Positions 41,449-57,027 of a stretch of 64,000 bases of DNA are shown here, piece by piece; within the stretch, counting starts at the first letter, position 1; every line of letters begins with the position of its first letter. This DNA comes from Amoebidium appalachense (lineage: Eukaryota > Protista > Ichthyosporea). A program made the position numbers and the translations under genes. The DNA is taken from NCBI GenBank assembly GCA_963693365.1, contig CAVNZM010000008.1, forward strand, positions 9,608,196 through 9,672,195, read 5' to 3'. The notes beneath the pieces are model-generated. The model was not told the DNA's origin and did no database searches. It was given only the letters and a program-made list of their open reading frames with translations.

Positions 41449-42396
41449 CCCCCCCCCCCCCCCCCCCCCCCGGCGCTTCCCGGCAACTATCATATCCTCT
41501 CCCATCCATCTCTTCCTCCCCCCCCCCCCCCCCCCCCTCCCCTGCCCCCCCCCTCCCTCGCCTTCCCGTGCCCCATGTCCACCCCACCCCAGCCGCCTTT
41601 TCTTCCTCTTCCAGCACGACACACAAAAACAAACAACACAACTACACACACATGCACATGCACACACCCCAATACCACAATATATCCCCACTGTTTTTGT
41701 GCCTGACGCTACTCCTTTCACTCAGCTTTCTAATGCTGTCATATTCGTCGCTTTGCCATTTTTGTTTTTCCCTCTTGTGTACGGCACCGGATTCCCCCCC
41801 CCCCCCCCCCTCCTCCCCCCCCCCCTCCCAACATTTCTTCCATGGTTGCCACCTCCAAATTTATGCCCTTCTCCCCCCCCCCCCCCCCCCCCCCGCCTTC
41901 CCCTCCCCCGTTCATGGCACCTCTACTTGCTCTTTAAAACACGGAAACTTCGCCCTCTTCACCTGTTTTTCTTCTTTCTCTTCTTCTATCTGTATGTTCC
42001 CTGCTTCCCTGCTTACTGTCCTTAAAGTTGCTATTTGTACCTTAACTCTGCAATGATTGTTCTTGTTTCTGACCCTCCCACCTCCCCCGTCCCCATCCAT
42101 TCCCGCCCACGCCCTCCCAACCTCTTCCACATGCGCATGCGCACACACACACACATGTACGCATGAACACATGCACACACACACAAACATGCACACACAT
42201 GCACATACAAATACATGCATACATGCACACACAAATGTATGAATGCAAGCAAACACACAAAACATGCGTGCGCGCAAACACACACACTCAACTCACTCGC
42301 TCGCTCGCTCGCTCACTCACTCACTCACTCACTCACTCACTCACTCACTCACTCACTCACACACTCACACACACACACACTCACTCACAAACCCCG

Positions 42397-42433
<37 letters not shown>

Positions 42434-44253
42434 AGAATCAGACCTGCACCCGTCCAATGACTCTAGTGCAACCTCAGTTGCCCCCGTCCCCTCCACCATT
42501 GTTGGCCCTGGCCCGATGGACCTCACCTCCGACCCGTTTGCGGCCCGTTCGACCCGGAGACCACTGGGTGCTGCTGGAAGGTTGCGGAACTCGGTAGGTG
42601 TGCTTGTGCTTGTGTGGGTGGGTGGTGGTGGTGGTGGGGGGGGGGGGGGGGGGGGGGGGGGGACAGGGCATGTGGTGCACGTGTTTGTGCATGCATGTGT
42701 TTGTGTCTGTGCCTGCGCATGTTTTGTGGGTGTGCCTGTGCACGTTCGTGTGTGTGCCTAATGGCGCAGGTATGCCGTGTCTGTGTATCTGTGCAGAGAC
42801 ATTCATGCCTTTGCCTATCCCCCTATTGCTCTTCTCTCCACACATGCATGCCTTTGCCTAACCCCACCTATAACTTTTTCTTTTTTTTTCCCTCCCCAAA
42901 TACTAATAAGCTAATTGCCAATTATCCCTCCCCCCCTCCTCCTCCTCCTCTCCCCTCTAATCCCCCCCTCCCCCCCCCTCTCCTCCACCCCCTTCTCCCA
43001 CCACCACCTTTCCCGTCCACCAGGTGCCACCCCCCTCCCCCCTCCCTCTCCCCCCCCCCCTCCCCCCCCCCCCCCCCCCTCCCCCTCCCCTTCCTCCCTC
43101 CCTCCCTCCATGTACATCACAGGTATATGGTAACCCTCTGTCCACGGTTCAAGAAACGAAGCAAGTCACCGGCCAGCTCACACACAGCACACTCGCACGT
43201 CATTCCACCCGCTCCTCCACCCGCTCACGAGAAAGCGTCAACAGTAATTTCTCGCGTCAATCCACCCGTCGTTCCCTCTTTTCCAACGCCTCCTTCCGTC
43301 TCTCTCACCGAAAATCCCCGGCACCCGTGCCCAAACCCCGGCCCCCGCGTGAACCTGAGCCTGATTTGGAACCAATCGCAACTACAATCACACCCAAACG
43401 TCCCGTGGGGTCTATTCCAACGCGTCCAGTAAGACCCCCCCCTCCAACTATCGCAAATGTTTCTACGACGTCGACGGCAGGAGGGGCAGGTGGGGTTTCT
43501 GGGGCAGGATCAGCAAATTTAGTCGGTGTGAATCAACCAATCGGAAATTCTGATGTCACTGTGCGCACATCTGCCAGCCGTCAGTCTAGCCGTGCGTCGT
43601 TTACACGCCCATCCTCCACCTATTCCACTACCAGTAGTAGTACGGATACATCGACAATGAGCCTGGCGGAGAAACGACGTGCAACACTACGCGCACTCGA
43701 TCACGCACCATCACCCGTTCAGGTACCCGCGACCACCATTACCGTTTCCGCACACCCAAGTCTCGTCCGACAACCATCAAACCCATCCGCTATACGCACG
43801 GCGCCTATAACACCTGCAAACACTCTTTCACCCAAGGTTAGCTCAGGATCCCTACGTCCGAAATCGACGGGAAGTATGGAAAGTGGCCAGAGTTTATCCG
43901 GAGTATCTCCCGCCCCACCACCACGCACCGGGGTATACAAGCGTCCTAGCTCACCCGGGCTTACCCCATCACCCCGCGCAAGTACTACTAGTACAACAAC
44001 AACAACAACACCAACACCAACTTCTACTATACAGACAGTACCTCCTAGAAGGACCACCCTAGACTCTGGCTCAACGGGTGTGAAGAGGGTTTCTGTCACC
44101 TCGGCCGGAACCAATCAGAACGCACCGATTGCGGAACAGAGTGCTACACAGGAGGATTCTGGAGTGATTAAACCACGCCCGGCGCCCAAACCGACTCCCG
44201 GAACGACCGGTGCACGACCGCCGCTTCCTTCGAGGGCTTCTAAAAAGTTGTGA
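22503..44253 (+). CDS. Dbl-family Rho guanine-nucleotide exchange factor: DH-PH-HR1-like coiled coil-SH3-long Pro/Ser/Thr-rich tail; 17 exons, ~1860 aa
   Basis: Hand-built GT-AG, phase-consistent model: 22503-22616, 24379-24480, 25074-25232, 30249-30401, 30783-30938, 31364-31786, 32513-32590, 33073-33189, 34201-34288, 35114-35166, 35695-35845, 36781-36917, 37184-37229, 38138-38253, 38734-41140, 42436-42593, 43123-44253. DH motifs [27 protein letters not shown] and [23 protein letters not shown] motifs [14 protein letters not shown]...RWQNLV. SH3 motifs [23 protein letters not shown]...EWW...GCVPASYL. Confidence 0.88.
25598..27754 (+). CDS. PLE reverse transcriptase ORF (open frame, first Met at 25610; no GIY-YIG endonuclease in the retained part)
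   Basis: CPCN...HPQHGHV Cys/His motif, [69 protein letters not shown], and a PLE-type thumb region ending at the stop with no C-terminal nuclease. The ORF-track start at 25376 is microsatellite read-through. Confidence 0.93.
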   Translation, partial: NIVRMKEHLLAFPTGIAQPRLSQIAACLKRELRSRFELERVDMSQPHVMLVSVFHNSGLDRIPLQRIIKDKEIHALLPLEMRKFRISAVWKYVSTLGYTTINCKHTARLPQDTIANIHAQPCPCNDPHYAPYVHPQHGHVLTSRLDIPGLPADFASLMHFGTKFRMQVEQTEDTTCSNLLTQALQSFCNKMYDLGMAAYPSLNPWAAAVFTKCRPFLPYAQHAPNTHTVPQASVLLLRRFQKRFVVTTMDKASNTFVIVCKKHYVSSITAELHAPAATYTVCNTAPKDIVAQHLAFLKTHDIKGTPGRRTARLPTFQAIVKMHKTPPTFRFIANSSATSLEPLSRLLTSVFKFVSPDVERMWCDVVKPHLPHNTSSWILTDSTALTHTINALNRTTRQHENTPVSVFDFSTLYTKIDLHDLKARLTTLIDAIFVKKCTDARKPHMFIKKTGSTLSWVDRVDDDSQDDSFEPKEHSLHLSKAQLVDFLCFLVDNIYVVFGDTLYKQDIGIPMGTNCAVFLANFYLFTYELDFVRKLIAHERIDVLVDFQFTRRYIDDLISLHNPRILSHLYLEDCDFGLYPKTSLQLNPAGSSPSVPYLDLHITCTNHGIHTTIYNKLDTPTFNTLDIVRFPHHDSFISRTAKYGIMTSQMHSYQRKCSTLAAFTTCTARLAKTLLNKGYSFRLLHHKMHSFLATHPHIYRGIHSSHILSIITKKINTP
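29620..29786 (+). ncRNA. Conserved structured RNA domain with a probable pseudoknot near the PLE 3' end
   Basis: Helices ATAAGCA/TGCTTAT, GCTCGTCT/AGACGGGT, CTCATGTT/GACGTGGG, ACAGTATCTGAGTT/AACTCGGGTACTGT and crossing GACCTA/TAGGTC. All are preserved, several with compensatory changes, in the copy at ~61025-61200 (-). Confidence 0.65.
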
Positions 44254-46158
44254 TGTGAGCGTGTAGGCTGGTTGACTTAGGGGGGTGTCACTAGTGTGTG
44301 TGGTTTTTTGGACGAATTTACCTTTTTGGTTTAGCATGTGGTGTTTGTGTTTCTTTGATATGTTTTTTCTTGTTTGGTTTGCTGGTGGTTGGCGGTGGCG
44401 GTGATGATGGTGTGTGGTGAGTGTGTTTGCGGGGGTGCGCTTTGGGGGGGGGGGGGGGGCACTTTTGGGAGAATTTTCTTGTGTGGTTAATACACACGTG
44501 TTTTAGCGAGTACTGTTGAAGCACGTCACATGTAGTCTCGTGATATGTAGTGTACATTTATGTAGATTTTGCATGGTAGCTGTAATGAAAATCCGATATG
44601 TTAGCTTATTTTATTATCTCTGCCATACACATTATAAAAGCGCCTATTTTCGGTCTTGTGTAGTAACTGCATAGTCTATGACGGTGTATTGTATAATGTG
44701 GTATGTGCAAGTTACAGTACGTTTTTTAGACAGTATAAACCTGGATTGTGTCATATAGGAGATACGTATGGCCCATTGGAATACCATGTGCCTGTGCAGG
44801 CCTAAGAGGTGTGGCTTTTAAATTCAACAATGTAAAATTTAAAAGCTCTCTGCCGGGCATCTAAGATAAGATACAGGGGCGGCTTCTATATATAAAAGTC
44901 ATTGCCGGCTGGCCAAGAAGTGAGATGCCGACTACCATTTTGTACCGTCGTCAAGAGAGTCTTTTCGCTCTTTCTCACTCTCTCTCTCTTTCTCTCTCTT
45001 TTGGCCGGGCGGTGGGGGGAAGGGGGGGCTTTTCCTTCCCGTGCCGAAGCTTTGGCATCCCTCCCTCTTTCCCTCCTCCCGCCCCCTCCCCCTCCCCCCC
45101 CCCCCCCCCCCCCCCCCCCCACACTCACCTTTCCTTATCGTGCACCCCCTCCCCGCCGTGCCCCCCGATTCTCTCTTTCCCCCCTCTCCCCCCCCTCCCC
45201 CTCCCCCTCTTCCCCTCCCTCTGGCCCCTTTTTTTTTTCTCTCCCGTTTTTTTTTCCCGGGGGTATACGTATTGTGGAGGCCCGGGGAGTGTGCACGTGT
45301 GTGTATGTGTGTGTAGGGAGGGGGAGGGGGGGGGGGGGGGGGGGGGAGAGGGGGGGGGGTATATCAGCCATGTTACCATAAGTGGGTCCCCTTGCAAACG
45401 GTTGCTATTTGTCTAATAACCTATTCAATGCACAGCTGCAGAGTCACACCGTGATGCACACACCGCCTGCCCATACACACACCTATACACACGCACACGA
45501 GCACACCCATGCGGCTGTGGGCACACATGCTCACCCGCGTGCACACACAGACTCGGAGACACCAGTCTGCCACCAAGCTTGAAGGGGGGGGGGGGGGGGG
45601 GGGGGGGGAGGGGAATAAAACCGTTGCACCGTATGATTACTGGAATTGAGGTGTGCACAATAACCTAGCTTATTAGATCTAAATAGAGAGAGTATTGGAG
45701 GTGAGTGCGTGGTGTTTGCCCGAGGGTCTTTTCACGTGTGAGCACATCGTGGGAAGGAATGCATGCGTCATCACTATTATTTGCGTGTGCTGTGTTTTGG
45801 GGGATGTCACGTGTGCACCTGTGCGGATGCAAGGAGGAAGAGGATCTTTTTTTTTTTTTTTTTTTTGCGGCGCGGGGGAGGTGGGGAGGGGGAGGGGGAG
45901 AAGGGGGGGGGGGGGGGAGGAGAAGGGGGGAGGGGGGGGGGGAGGTTGTGATTGTTATCACTACAAAGCAAGTATGTGTAAGGGTGACCACGTACACATG
46001 CAAGCGGCACGAAGAAGTTGAAAAGTGAAGTATTCTTAAGACACGACAGTATGCAACAAGCACAAAAAGTGGTGGCAAATGGTTACGGTGTTGGTGCCAC
46101 CGTTGTGGTGGTGGTGGCAGGTGTGTGTGTTTGTGGGTGGGTGGGTGGGTGTGTGTTT

Positions 46159-46197
<39 letters not shown>

Positions 46198-48683
46198 CAC
46201 TGTAACAGCTGATCCAACCAACACACCACCAATCATATTAAATGGATGATGCCGCGTGAATGTGCCCTAGGAGTTGAAAGGGTACGTGGGCACGGCACGA
46301 AATAAAGTTACAGTTGATACCTTGTGGATGTGTGGTGGTGATTGTCATCACCGCCGTTTGTGGGTTGGGAACACTGTACACCCGGAAAGTTTTTATTTCA
46401 TCTACGTACACAGCATACGTGAGGTATAACGAGGGCCAATGTAACCGCCCTGTGATACAAGGTGAAAACCAAGAAAAATTCACATGATGTTGAATCAGAC
46501 TGCAGAACGTATCCTGCTGCCAAATGATGTGAGCAACTAAGTGCACTTGTCTTGGGGAAAAAAGTGCACACATAGTGACCTCCTGACAACAAAAAGACCC
46601 CCCCCCCCCCCCCCCAAAAAAAAAAAAAATAAGGCCAATAAATATTCGTTCAATAACTGATTCAGCAGGATTTCGAAATGTTGTGAAAGAAAATAGACCG
46701 GGAATGGGGCAACAATCATCATGGAGTTATGCAGGGAGAAGAACAAATCGGGCACGGGTTCCTACGTGGAGTGTTGGTAAATGAAGAAGAGAAAAAATTA
46801 AAGGAGGGGGGGGGGAGGAGAAAGAAAGAAAATCGATCGACTATTTGCCGTTGCAGGCACGCGCGTAGTCTTGTAGAGGTATCGGTAACTTTTTCCAGTT
46901 CCTTCCTTCTTCATTCTTTGCCCAAATTAGGCAGTGCCACGTTAAAACAGAAAGAGCGAGCTAGCTGCCATAAACCACACCCACAGCCCTTCTTTGCATT
47001 TGATATTCTGTGTGCATTTGTCGGTTGTGGTTCCCTGCACCAGCATCCGCAACCTGACGCGTCCCTTCCCCCGCAGTAGACTTGATAGCAAACATGTCGG
47101 TGGCAATAGCTGTTGAAACGCATGCATACACGCGCTTGTGGTCGGAGGGAATGTGTATTTCGGCCCCAAATTGCCCTGGAGGGATGGTAGTAACGTGAGA
47201 GTCCTTGATGTGGTTGCTTAGCCTCCTCCCACCACGTACGTTGGAGCCCCGACGAGAAGCAGCTCGGTCTGTTGATGTTTCGTTCCCCATTCTCCTTGGG
47301 TTTAAAGCGAATTTGATATTTTAAAATTAATTTTCTGGGGAGGCAAATTGGAGAGCGAGTGTGCAAGTACACGTGCAAACAGTAGGAGTTGGGGGCTCCC
47401 TCGGTGTGATGGAGGGGGTGTAATTCGATTGAAAAATGGGCCAAAATCAGGGGCTAAACCCCCCTACGACTAGTACGAGGGACAAGCGTACCTAACTAGA
47501 CTAAAAACGGACAATTTGGGACAACAATTTTGATACAAGTCTACCCTGTGTTGTTCCTCGAGTTCCAAAGGGTGCAACTGCCAGCTGCACACAAACTTTG
47601 AAAGGTGTTGTAACAGGGCAGCCTTTGTAGAGCCAGTAAAGCGCCGTGCAAGCTCAGTGCTTCGAAAACTACACTGTAGGACGTCACGTAGGGGCTATCA
47701 TTCAAGAAATTCTCAAGTTGCACAAACTAGACTTTTAAATGTAGGCTGATATAATGTTGGATTTGAACTTGACAGAAAAGCAGTCGAACAGTTGGTGAGT
47801 GCATAAATGTAGCTCAAACGTAAGTTACATTATGATTATTTTTTATAGATAAGCTGTAGCACCCACTCTTGAAGAACGAGCAGTGATGACTATGCAATTT
47901 CGGAGGTGGTGTGTGGAAAACGAAGCTCCTTTTACATGTCAAGAAGGGTCACGAAAGTTTCCACGGTTGCCTACGTCCGCGTCGCCCGATAGTCCGTGCA
48001 CGATACGAAAAAGCAGTGGTAATTTTTGTGATAGTAAGCCAATAGTTCTCAACAATAAAACTTGTAGCCAATGATATCGAGTACTGTTTAGCCAATCGAA
48101 TGCTAAAGAGCAGAGCGGCTTTTTTTAACTGTAATTAGATGAAAATACCCTTCTCATTATTTACCAGGAAGAAAGCACTGTAGCACATGAGAAAAGATTA
48201 CAACAGTCTAGCTTACCCTCTGGTTTTTTTCCCTTTCTCGCGCCCAAAACGGTCCAGAGTGGCACGCACTGCTCCCACGCACGCCCGTGCGCAGGTAAAC
48301 TATTCGGCCATCATCTGATTGGCTACTGTTGTTGCACCTATATTTGGATCAACAACAAACCGAATGATTGGCTAGTATGTCATCTGTAGGAATCCTCATT
48401 CCTCACTGCCAGTGCGTGCCCATATGTATGTTACGCCCTGGGCTTCGAACAAGCATTTGCTCGCCTTTTTTTTTTTTTTTAACAGCCATCTAGATAACAC
48501 AAATAATAGAAGAAGTACCATTAATGCGTTTTGATACCAGCTGTTATAGTGATCTATCATATTTCGCATTGGTTTGACTTGAAGATGTACTGGGGACTCG
48601 GGAGTCGGAGACTGACTTGGGAGCCGGGAACAGATGACGGGAAAAGTTTGGGGCCAGGCTCCCGGCCAGCCTTGCAACAGATC

Positions 48684-48923
48684 GCATGCATGCAGGCCCG
48701 ACCATAAGTCCATTTGGACCCTCCAAAATACCATCCAAATTCTGAAAGCACCATCGGATTCCGGATCGATGGTACGGTCCCGAAAATCGGATGGGTACGG
48801 ATGGTACCGGGGGGATTTTTAGTTACATAATTATCCCCTGAGCCTTCTGGGATAGTTTTCTCAATATGCATATACTTTTTGCGCATATTTTACGCAAAAA
48901 GTCAAAAAAAAAAACCTCGGGTG
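48684..48923 (-). mobile_element. DNA-transposon end (CAC... terminus, CACTA/CMC-like) with subterminal repeats
   Basis: Ends AACCTCGGGTG, has several GTACCATC/GATGGTAC-like motifs, and shows inverted homology to 51014-51185. Confidence 0.5.
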
Positions 48924-48936
48924 ACTATCTACATAC

Positions 48937-48984
48937 CACTGCCCTCTGAAATAAAGAGGGCCGTCTTTATTTCAGAGGGCCGTG
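48937..48984. mobile_element. 48-bp hairpin mini-element with an 8-bp TSD
   Basis: CACTGCCCTCTGAAATAAAGA-GGGCCG-TCTTTATTTCAGAGGGCCGTG, flanked by CTACATAC at 48929-48936 and 48985-48992. Confidence 0.75.
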
Positions 48985-49124
48985 CTACATACATACACTG
49001 GCCGGACCGCAGTGCAGCCCGGGCCCTATGCCACGTATATAGCTCACGTATATATCATCAGCGCATACGAGCACGGCGCTGGGTGCACGTGTGCATTTTG
49101 ATGCTCGTGCGTACGATTGCGCGG

Positions 49125-50910
<1,786 letters not shown>

Positions 50911-51013
50911 ACATATATATGCACGCACACATGCTGCATGCACATGTCTCCGTGCGGAACACATGCACAGAACACGTGCGTGCACTTGTGTACATGATGA
51001 AAGGGCGAACAGA

Positions 51014-51185
51014 CACCCGAGGTTCTCTCAAAGCAATTGCGCAAACGATGCGCAAAAATGCTATATTTAAAAAATTATCCCAAAAAGCGATGGTACCGAA
51101 AGTACCATCGAATTTTGTCAAAATTAGAGGCCGGGGTTTGAAAGTACCATCCGGAAAATCTGAATTTTCGGGCCTGCATGCATGC
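51014..51185 (+). mobile_element. Second DNA-transposon end of the same family (CACCCGAGGTT...)
   Basis: Shares CACCCGAGGTT, TGCGCAAAAA, TATCCCA, GTACCATC repeats and CGGGCCTGCATGCATGC with the reverse complement of 48684-48923. Confidence 0.5.
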
Positions 51186-52530
51186 CACAGTGGTATGCTA
51201 AAAGATCAAATGGGCAAGTTTCTATTGGCTTGTAAATATATTCAGAATCCCGAGATGTTGATTGGCTGATACGAGTCGCGTGGCTCAGTGAGTTAGCGAG
51301 CCACCAGAAGATTCTCCTCGCCACATAAGTGCGGAACAGAAGCAATATTGGCGCTGTGTTTTGAAAGCATGAAAGAAAGTATTGAAATTTGAAAGCCCCA
51401 CACCTCGTTCCAATGTATAGCGCGTCTAGCCTCCACGGGCTTGTGTCTATGTAAAACTATTTGTGTGTGAACATATAGAGATCCCATCCTTTTTCCCAGC
51501 CTCGCGCGCTGCGGCCAAATTCGAAGTTGTGCAGGTACACCTACCACCTACTGAGGCGGTGTCTCCTTTCTTTTTTTTTTTTCTTTTTTCTTTTTACTTT
51601 AAAACGTCGCACGTGCGGCAACACGTCAGTACGTGTTAGCAGGTACACCACTACGGTAACGTTTGCAGAGTCTCCTGCAGGCTTGGCCGACGGCCCCAGA
51701 GCAGCACATGTAGCACTTTTCAATCAGCAGTATATCATAACTTACTCACCGTACTCTGGGTATTATCGAGCTGCTTGCAATTGATCTTCCAAGCAATTGC
51801 ATCGAGCTATGCCTGTCACCTACTGAGGTGACTCGTATTTTTCCTTACACACACAGCGAACACTGGACTCTCGGGACCGTAGAGCCGCCGCGAGAGAAAG
51901 CATGCACGCGGTCGCGAGAGTGTAAGGAAAAATGTGAGGCGAACGGCAAGTTGTCATAGCAGCCCAGGCACCGTCAGTACGTGCCAGGAGCTATGCGGCC
52001 TGGTTTTCTCTACGGTATCTCTCCACAGGACGCCCTCACCTTCTGCCCATGCCGATGCATCAGTGTCACCCACACCCCAGAATAGTGCATATATATCAAG
52101 TGTGTGCCTCACTGTGGCAGTCTTGCTGTTGCAGTGAAGTTGAGTGAGCCTCGCGGCGCTCACGGTGTAGCTATATAGCTAGGCTATAGCTAGTATATTA
52201 TCACGGTTGCGGCAGCCATGGCGCCAAGAATCTCAACGTCATTTTCCGGGGACGCTGGTGCTGCCCGAACCAATCATAATCGCGCTACCCGGACAAATTC
52301 GCCGCAACAGCCAATAGGAACGCGTAAGACAATCGTTTGTTGTTGTGGTTATCAGCCTTTTGTGTTCAAGTTCCACCTTCAACGATCATCCTGCCCTCCT
52401 GAGAACAAAGCCCGCCAGCCTTCAGTATTCGAGTTCCCCAGATGGATATCTTGCCACCTACCACATATCTGTAGCCCGGGAGGACCCACAGTCCCACACC
52501 CGAGCAGCTCCTGCAACTGCCAGGGCCCCC

Positions 52531-52565
<35 letters not shown>

Positions 52566-52579
52566 TCACACACACGCAC

Positions 52580-52696
<117 letters not shown>

Positions 52697-52903
52697 GCCG
52701 GTACCAACCCTCCCCCCCCCCCCCCCCCCCCCCCCCGCGCCCAAATTGCAACCACTCAACCCTTCAATCCCCTCACAGTGACTCGCCAACCCCACCTTCG
52801 CCCCGTAAAAAGACATTTCAGACTCGGACATTTCTTTCATACTTCTTTCATTGATCGAATCAGGCTCCCGCTCCTCCCTCCCCCCTTCTCCTTTCTCCCC
52901 CCC

Positions 52904-53024
<121 letters not shown>

Positions 53025-53954
53025 CCCCCCCCCCCCCCTCTCTAGATCTGACTCTCGCATCTCTCTCTTCTCGGTGACCCCCCCCCCTCCCTCCCCCCCC
53101 CAAAAAAACCACCACCACCCTTCTCCATCCTCTTCCTCTGGAAGCATGCGGTGTGGATTTCATGGGTTCTGTTTCTTCCACGTGGTTGCCTGGTACCCCC
53201 CCCCCTTCCCCCCTCCTCCCCGGGGGCCCCTCCGGGCCCCACTCCCCCCTCCCTCTCCGGATCCCCCGTCCGAGGCTCCCGCCTGCCTCCTCCTCCCCGG
53301 AACCCCGCGGTGTCCGCGTCCTCCCTACTCAAAAAAAAACAAAAAACAAAAAAACAGTTCCTTATGTGCCTTACTAGTAGATATATCATGTTGATCATGA
53401 TTCGAGAAAAAAAAAAAAGGGACAAGTCACCAACTGTATCGAACCACGATACCAGGTCTTACTGTGTCTCATGATGTGACAAGATATTATGCTGACGTAT
53501 GTTTCAAAGTGGCACCCACATTGTACTGCAGGCCTGTGGGAACTACATATGTAAAAAAACATCATTAAAAAAAAAAAAAGAAAGAAAACCACTTTCACTT
53601 ACTTACACATTCATCCGTTGAGTAAATCAAGTCAAAAGTTGAAGTATTAAAGCCCCTTCCCGGGCCGGCGAACCCCAAAAAAAGGCAATACCTGGCCTCA
53701 CTGTGGCTTTCTGCCTTTCTGACAGGCTCTTTTGCCAGGCTACAACAGGAGATTTTTTTGGACTGAACTCTTTGAATATAAACTTGAGCAGGTTTAGCAA
53801 TAGTACTCTTGTGGTGACCTATATCTTACATTCATACCCCACTGGTTATGCTTGATGTTACAGTTGTAGCTGCACAGGAACCAACAAGACAACCACCGTT
53901 GCACACCAACTTGCCGACTCGGAGCTCGGAGGGAAAACTACGGGGTATCCTCCC

Positions 53955-53986
<32 letters not shown>

Positions 53987-54528
53987 TTCCCCCCTTCCAA
54001 AAAAAATAAAAAGTATTATGATAGTTTGTGCATATGTCAAGTTTTTATTTCCCTTGTCCTTTTGATAGGAGTGAGGGGGGGGGGGGGGGGGGGGAGGAGG
54101 TCCCCCGATATCTCATTCTCTCTCTTTCAGAGCCTCTCTAGATCCTCTCTCAGTATCCCCTCCCTTCAGGCCTGCGGGCCGTTTCCTTCTGCATTTCAGA
54201 CTCAAGCTAAGCACAAAGCAAAGCCCCCCCCCCTCCCCCCCCTCCCCCCCCCCCCCCCCCCCCTCCCCCCCCCCCCCCCCCCACAAACACCCACCCACCC
54301 ACCCACCCGTCTCGTTGTCCACATACATAGCACAACGGCAATGTGCAAAATACCACACACACACCAGATGTACACACACACACACATTTGTACAAAAACC
54401 TTCCGGGAGCCTAGGTTATGTTCTCCCATTTGCTATATGCCCAGTCCCACCGATCTGCCCCTTTTCATTTCTAGTGTCCCCCCTCCCCCCCTCCCCCCCC
54501 CCCCCCCCCCCCTCCCCCCCCCCTCCCC

Positions 54529-54560
<32 letters not shown>

Positions 54561-54786
54561 AAAAAAAAAAAAAAAAAGACATACTTTTTTTTTTTGGACA
54601 CCCAAAACAAAACCATCAAGTTAATGATCTACTTGCACACACACATCCTTGAATATCAGGGATAATAAGAGATGTAACATTTGCTTCTTACTATTCCCTA
54701 TCCCGGCCCTGGTTGTCGCCTAACCCTCCCCCCCCCACGCCCCCCCTTCTCCCCCTGCCCCTTCCCCTTCTCCCTCCTCCTCCCCA

Positions 54787-54819
<33 letters not shown>

Positions 54820-55494
54820 ACCCCCCTTACACACACACACACCACCACCACCACCACCTCCCTTCACCCCCACAAAAAGAAAAAAGTATTTATCAGATTT
54901 TTCGTTGAGTCGCTTGAAGCCATCATGGTTGATGCGGTCAAGTTGACGGTGGAGGGTCATGAGGTGGTGGCAAACAGGCCTGGAATCATCGAGAACGAAA
55001 ACGAAACAATCAACACTAAAACAGAGAGGGTAAACCATGGGGGAGAGGGAGCGGAAGGAGTTGAAAAGGGTGGTGCGGTAGATGACATGAGAGTTGAGAA
55101 AGGGGGTGTGGGGGAGGGAGGGGAGGGAAGGGAGGGAGGGGAGGGAGGCGATGTGGGTAGGGTAGATGACCTGCATCCGGTGCATTGGAGAGATGGGGTG
55201 AACGCTGCGGATTGATTGGTCAAGAAGAGTGGTAGTGTATGACTTTCTCGCGGTTTCATTGGGTGAGGTTCACTTTCATCAAAGCGGTTTTTCCCTCCTT
55301 TTCATCATCATCTATGCATGCACCCAGAATCCTCAAAGTTCAAAGAACTATGCAAACTTCCTTTCTGTCAGTTTCGTGTTATGGTAAATGTAGTTCCTTT
55401 CGTGGCCAGTCTCAGGGTGTTCTTATTTCTCTTGTTTATGGCAGTTGACTTTTGACAGAAGATGGGTGTTTTTGGTGGTGGTGGTCGGTTTGGT

Positions 55495-55531
<37 letters not shown>

Positions 55532-55862
55532 CTGCTTGCTCGAAATGATCAAAGGTTTATTCAGGCAAATTCTATAGCCTATGAGCTTGTGCCAAACAAT
55601 AAGAACAGCACCATTTTTTTTTTTCCGGCTCATATTTATCTACCAACCGGAATCACCAAGGGCAGTGTTCTACATAGAACAGCATGTGTGGACTGGATAT
55701 GTCTACCTCTGTGAATCCGATGTTCATATGCCGTGATGATTATGTTCGAGTCCCTCGGGCAAAGAAGTATGGGGGTTATCTATCCGGATTTGGTGCACGT
55801 GTTCAACTTGCAGAAACATAACATGTGCTGGGCAATGCAACTTTTGCAAACTTTATAGGAGA

Positions 55863-55906
<44 letters not shown>

Positions 55907-56978
55907 AAAAACCTTTATTCCAACTTGGCATAGTGCACGTGAGCGTGGTGTGTGGCCCTGCAGCCCGAATCGGATTGATTATGTAGGTTGTATCTCGTGG
56001 TGTGGGATAGGGGTGCATTTGGGTGTGCCACTGGGTGGAACTTCGTATTTGTGTGTGCGCGCGCGCATGCTCGCCTGCATGGGTGTGTGTGTCCGTGTGT
56101 GTGCGTGTGTGATAGAATGATGTGTGTGTGCATGTGTGATAGAAGGCATGTGTGTGTGCGTGCATGCCGCGCGCAATTGTGTGACTGAGCATGTGCAAGC
56201 CGCAGCATTTTGTCCGGCTGCTCAAGGGGTGGAGAAGAGAAAACATTGTTGCTAGAGATCATTCTGTGTTTAGCATCTACTAGCTAAACAGCAGATTTTG
56301 GATTGAATATTGTCACAGTTTATGGCAAGCCACGGTAATTCCTTCTGAATTGTGGCAGTGGATGCTGCAGTGCAGAAAGGGTGGGTGGGTGGGTGGGTGG
56401 GTGAGTGAGTGCTGGTGGTGGTGGTGGTAGTGGAGGAGGGGAGGGTGACTTGAAAATAGATTGGAGAGAGACACATTTTGACAAGGTGCTAATCAACAAC
56501 GATAAGACTGGGCACGATTTTTTTGTCTCCTTCTCCATATCTGAGCAGGTACCTTTATTCCACACATTGTTCAAAAATTTAAAGTCGAGGTACTTTGGAA
56601 TAACACATAATGCATCGATGCAGGCATTAACACTTCAAAAATATGGCATCACAAAGGATTATCACAATTCGTGCACACGAGATTACTGGTTAATCAGCTG
56701 TCATAATATTTGGAATTCGTTTAAATCGGGTGTGTGCTGTGTCTAGTGTAACACCACGGATATACCAACAGCAGGATTCGGAGTAAACTATATCGAACAA
56801 ACTATTGTTAATCTCAACGAAGAATAAGGAAAAACGATCAAACATAAAGTGAAAAACAAGGGAGAAAGGGTAGTGTGTTTCATGCATGTAGTGCCATTCG
56901 GTGCCTGCTTAGTTCTTGCCCCCCCTCCCTCCCCCCCCCCCCCCCCCCCCCTCCCCCCCCCCTCCCCCCCCCCCCCCC

Positions 56979-57027
<49 letters not shown>

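Noticed and set aside
54880-55330. Possible - strand exons (…CTGCR/PVCHH…)
   Set aside because: No consistent start or frame upstream and no recognisable homology.
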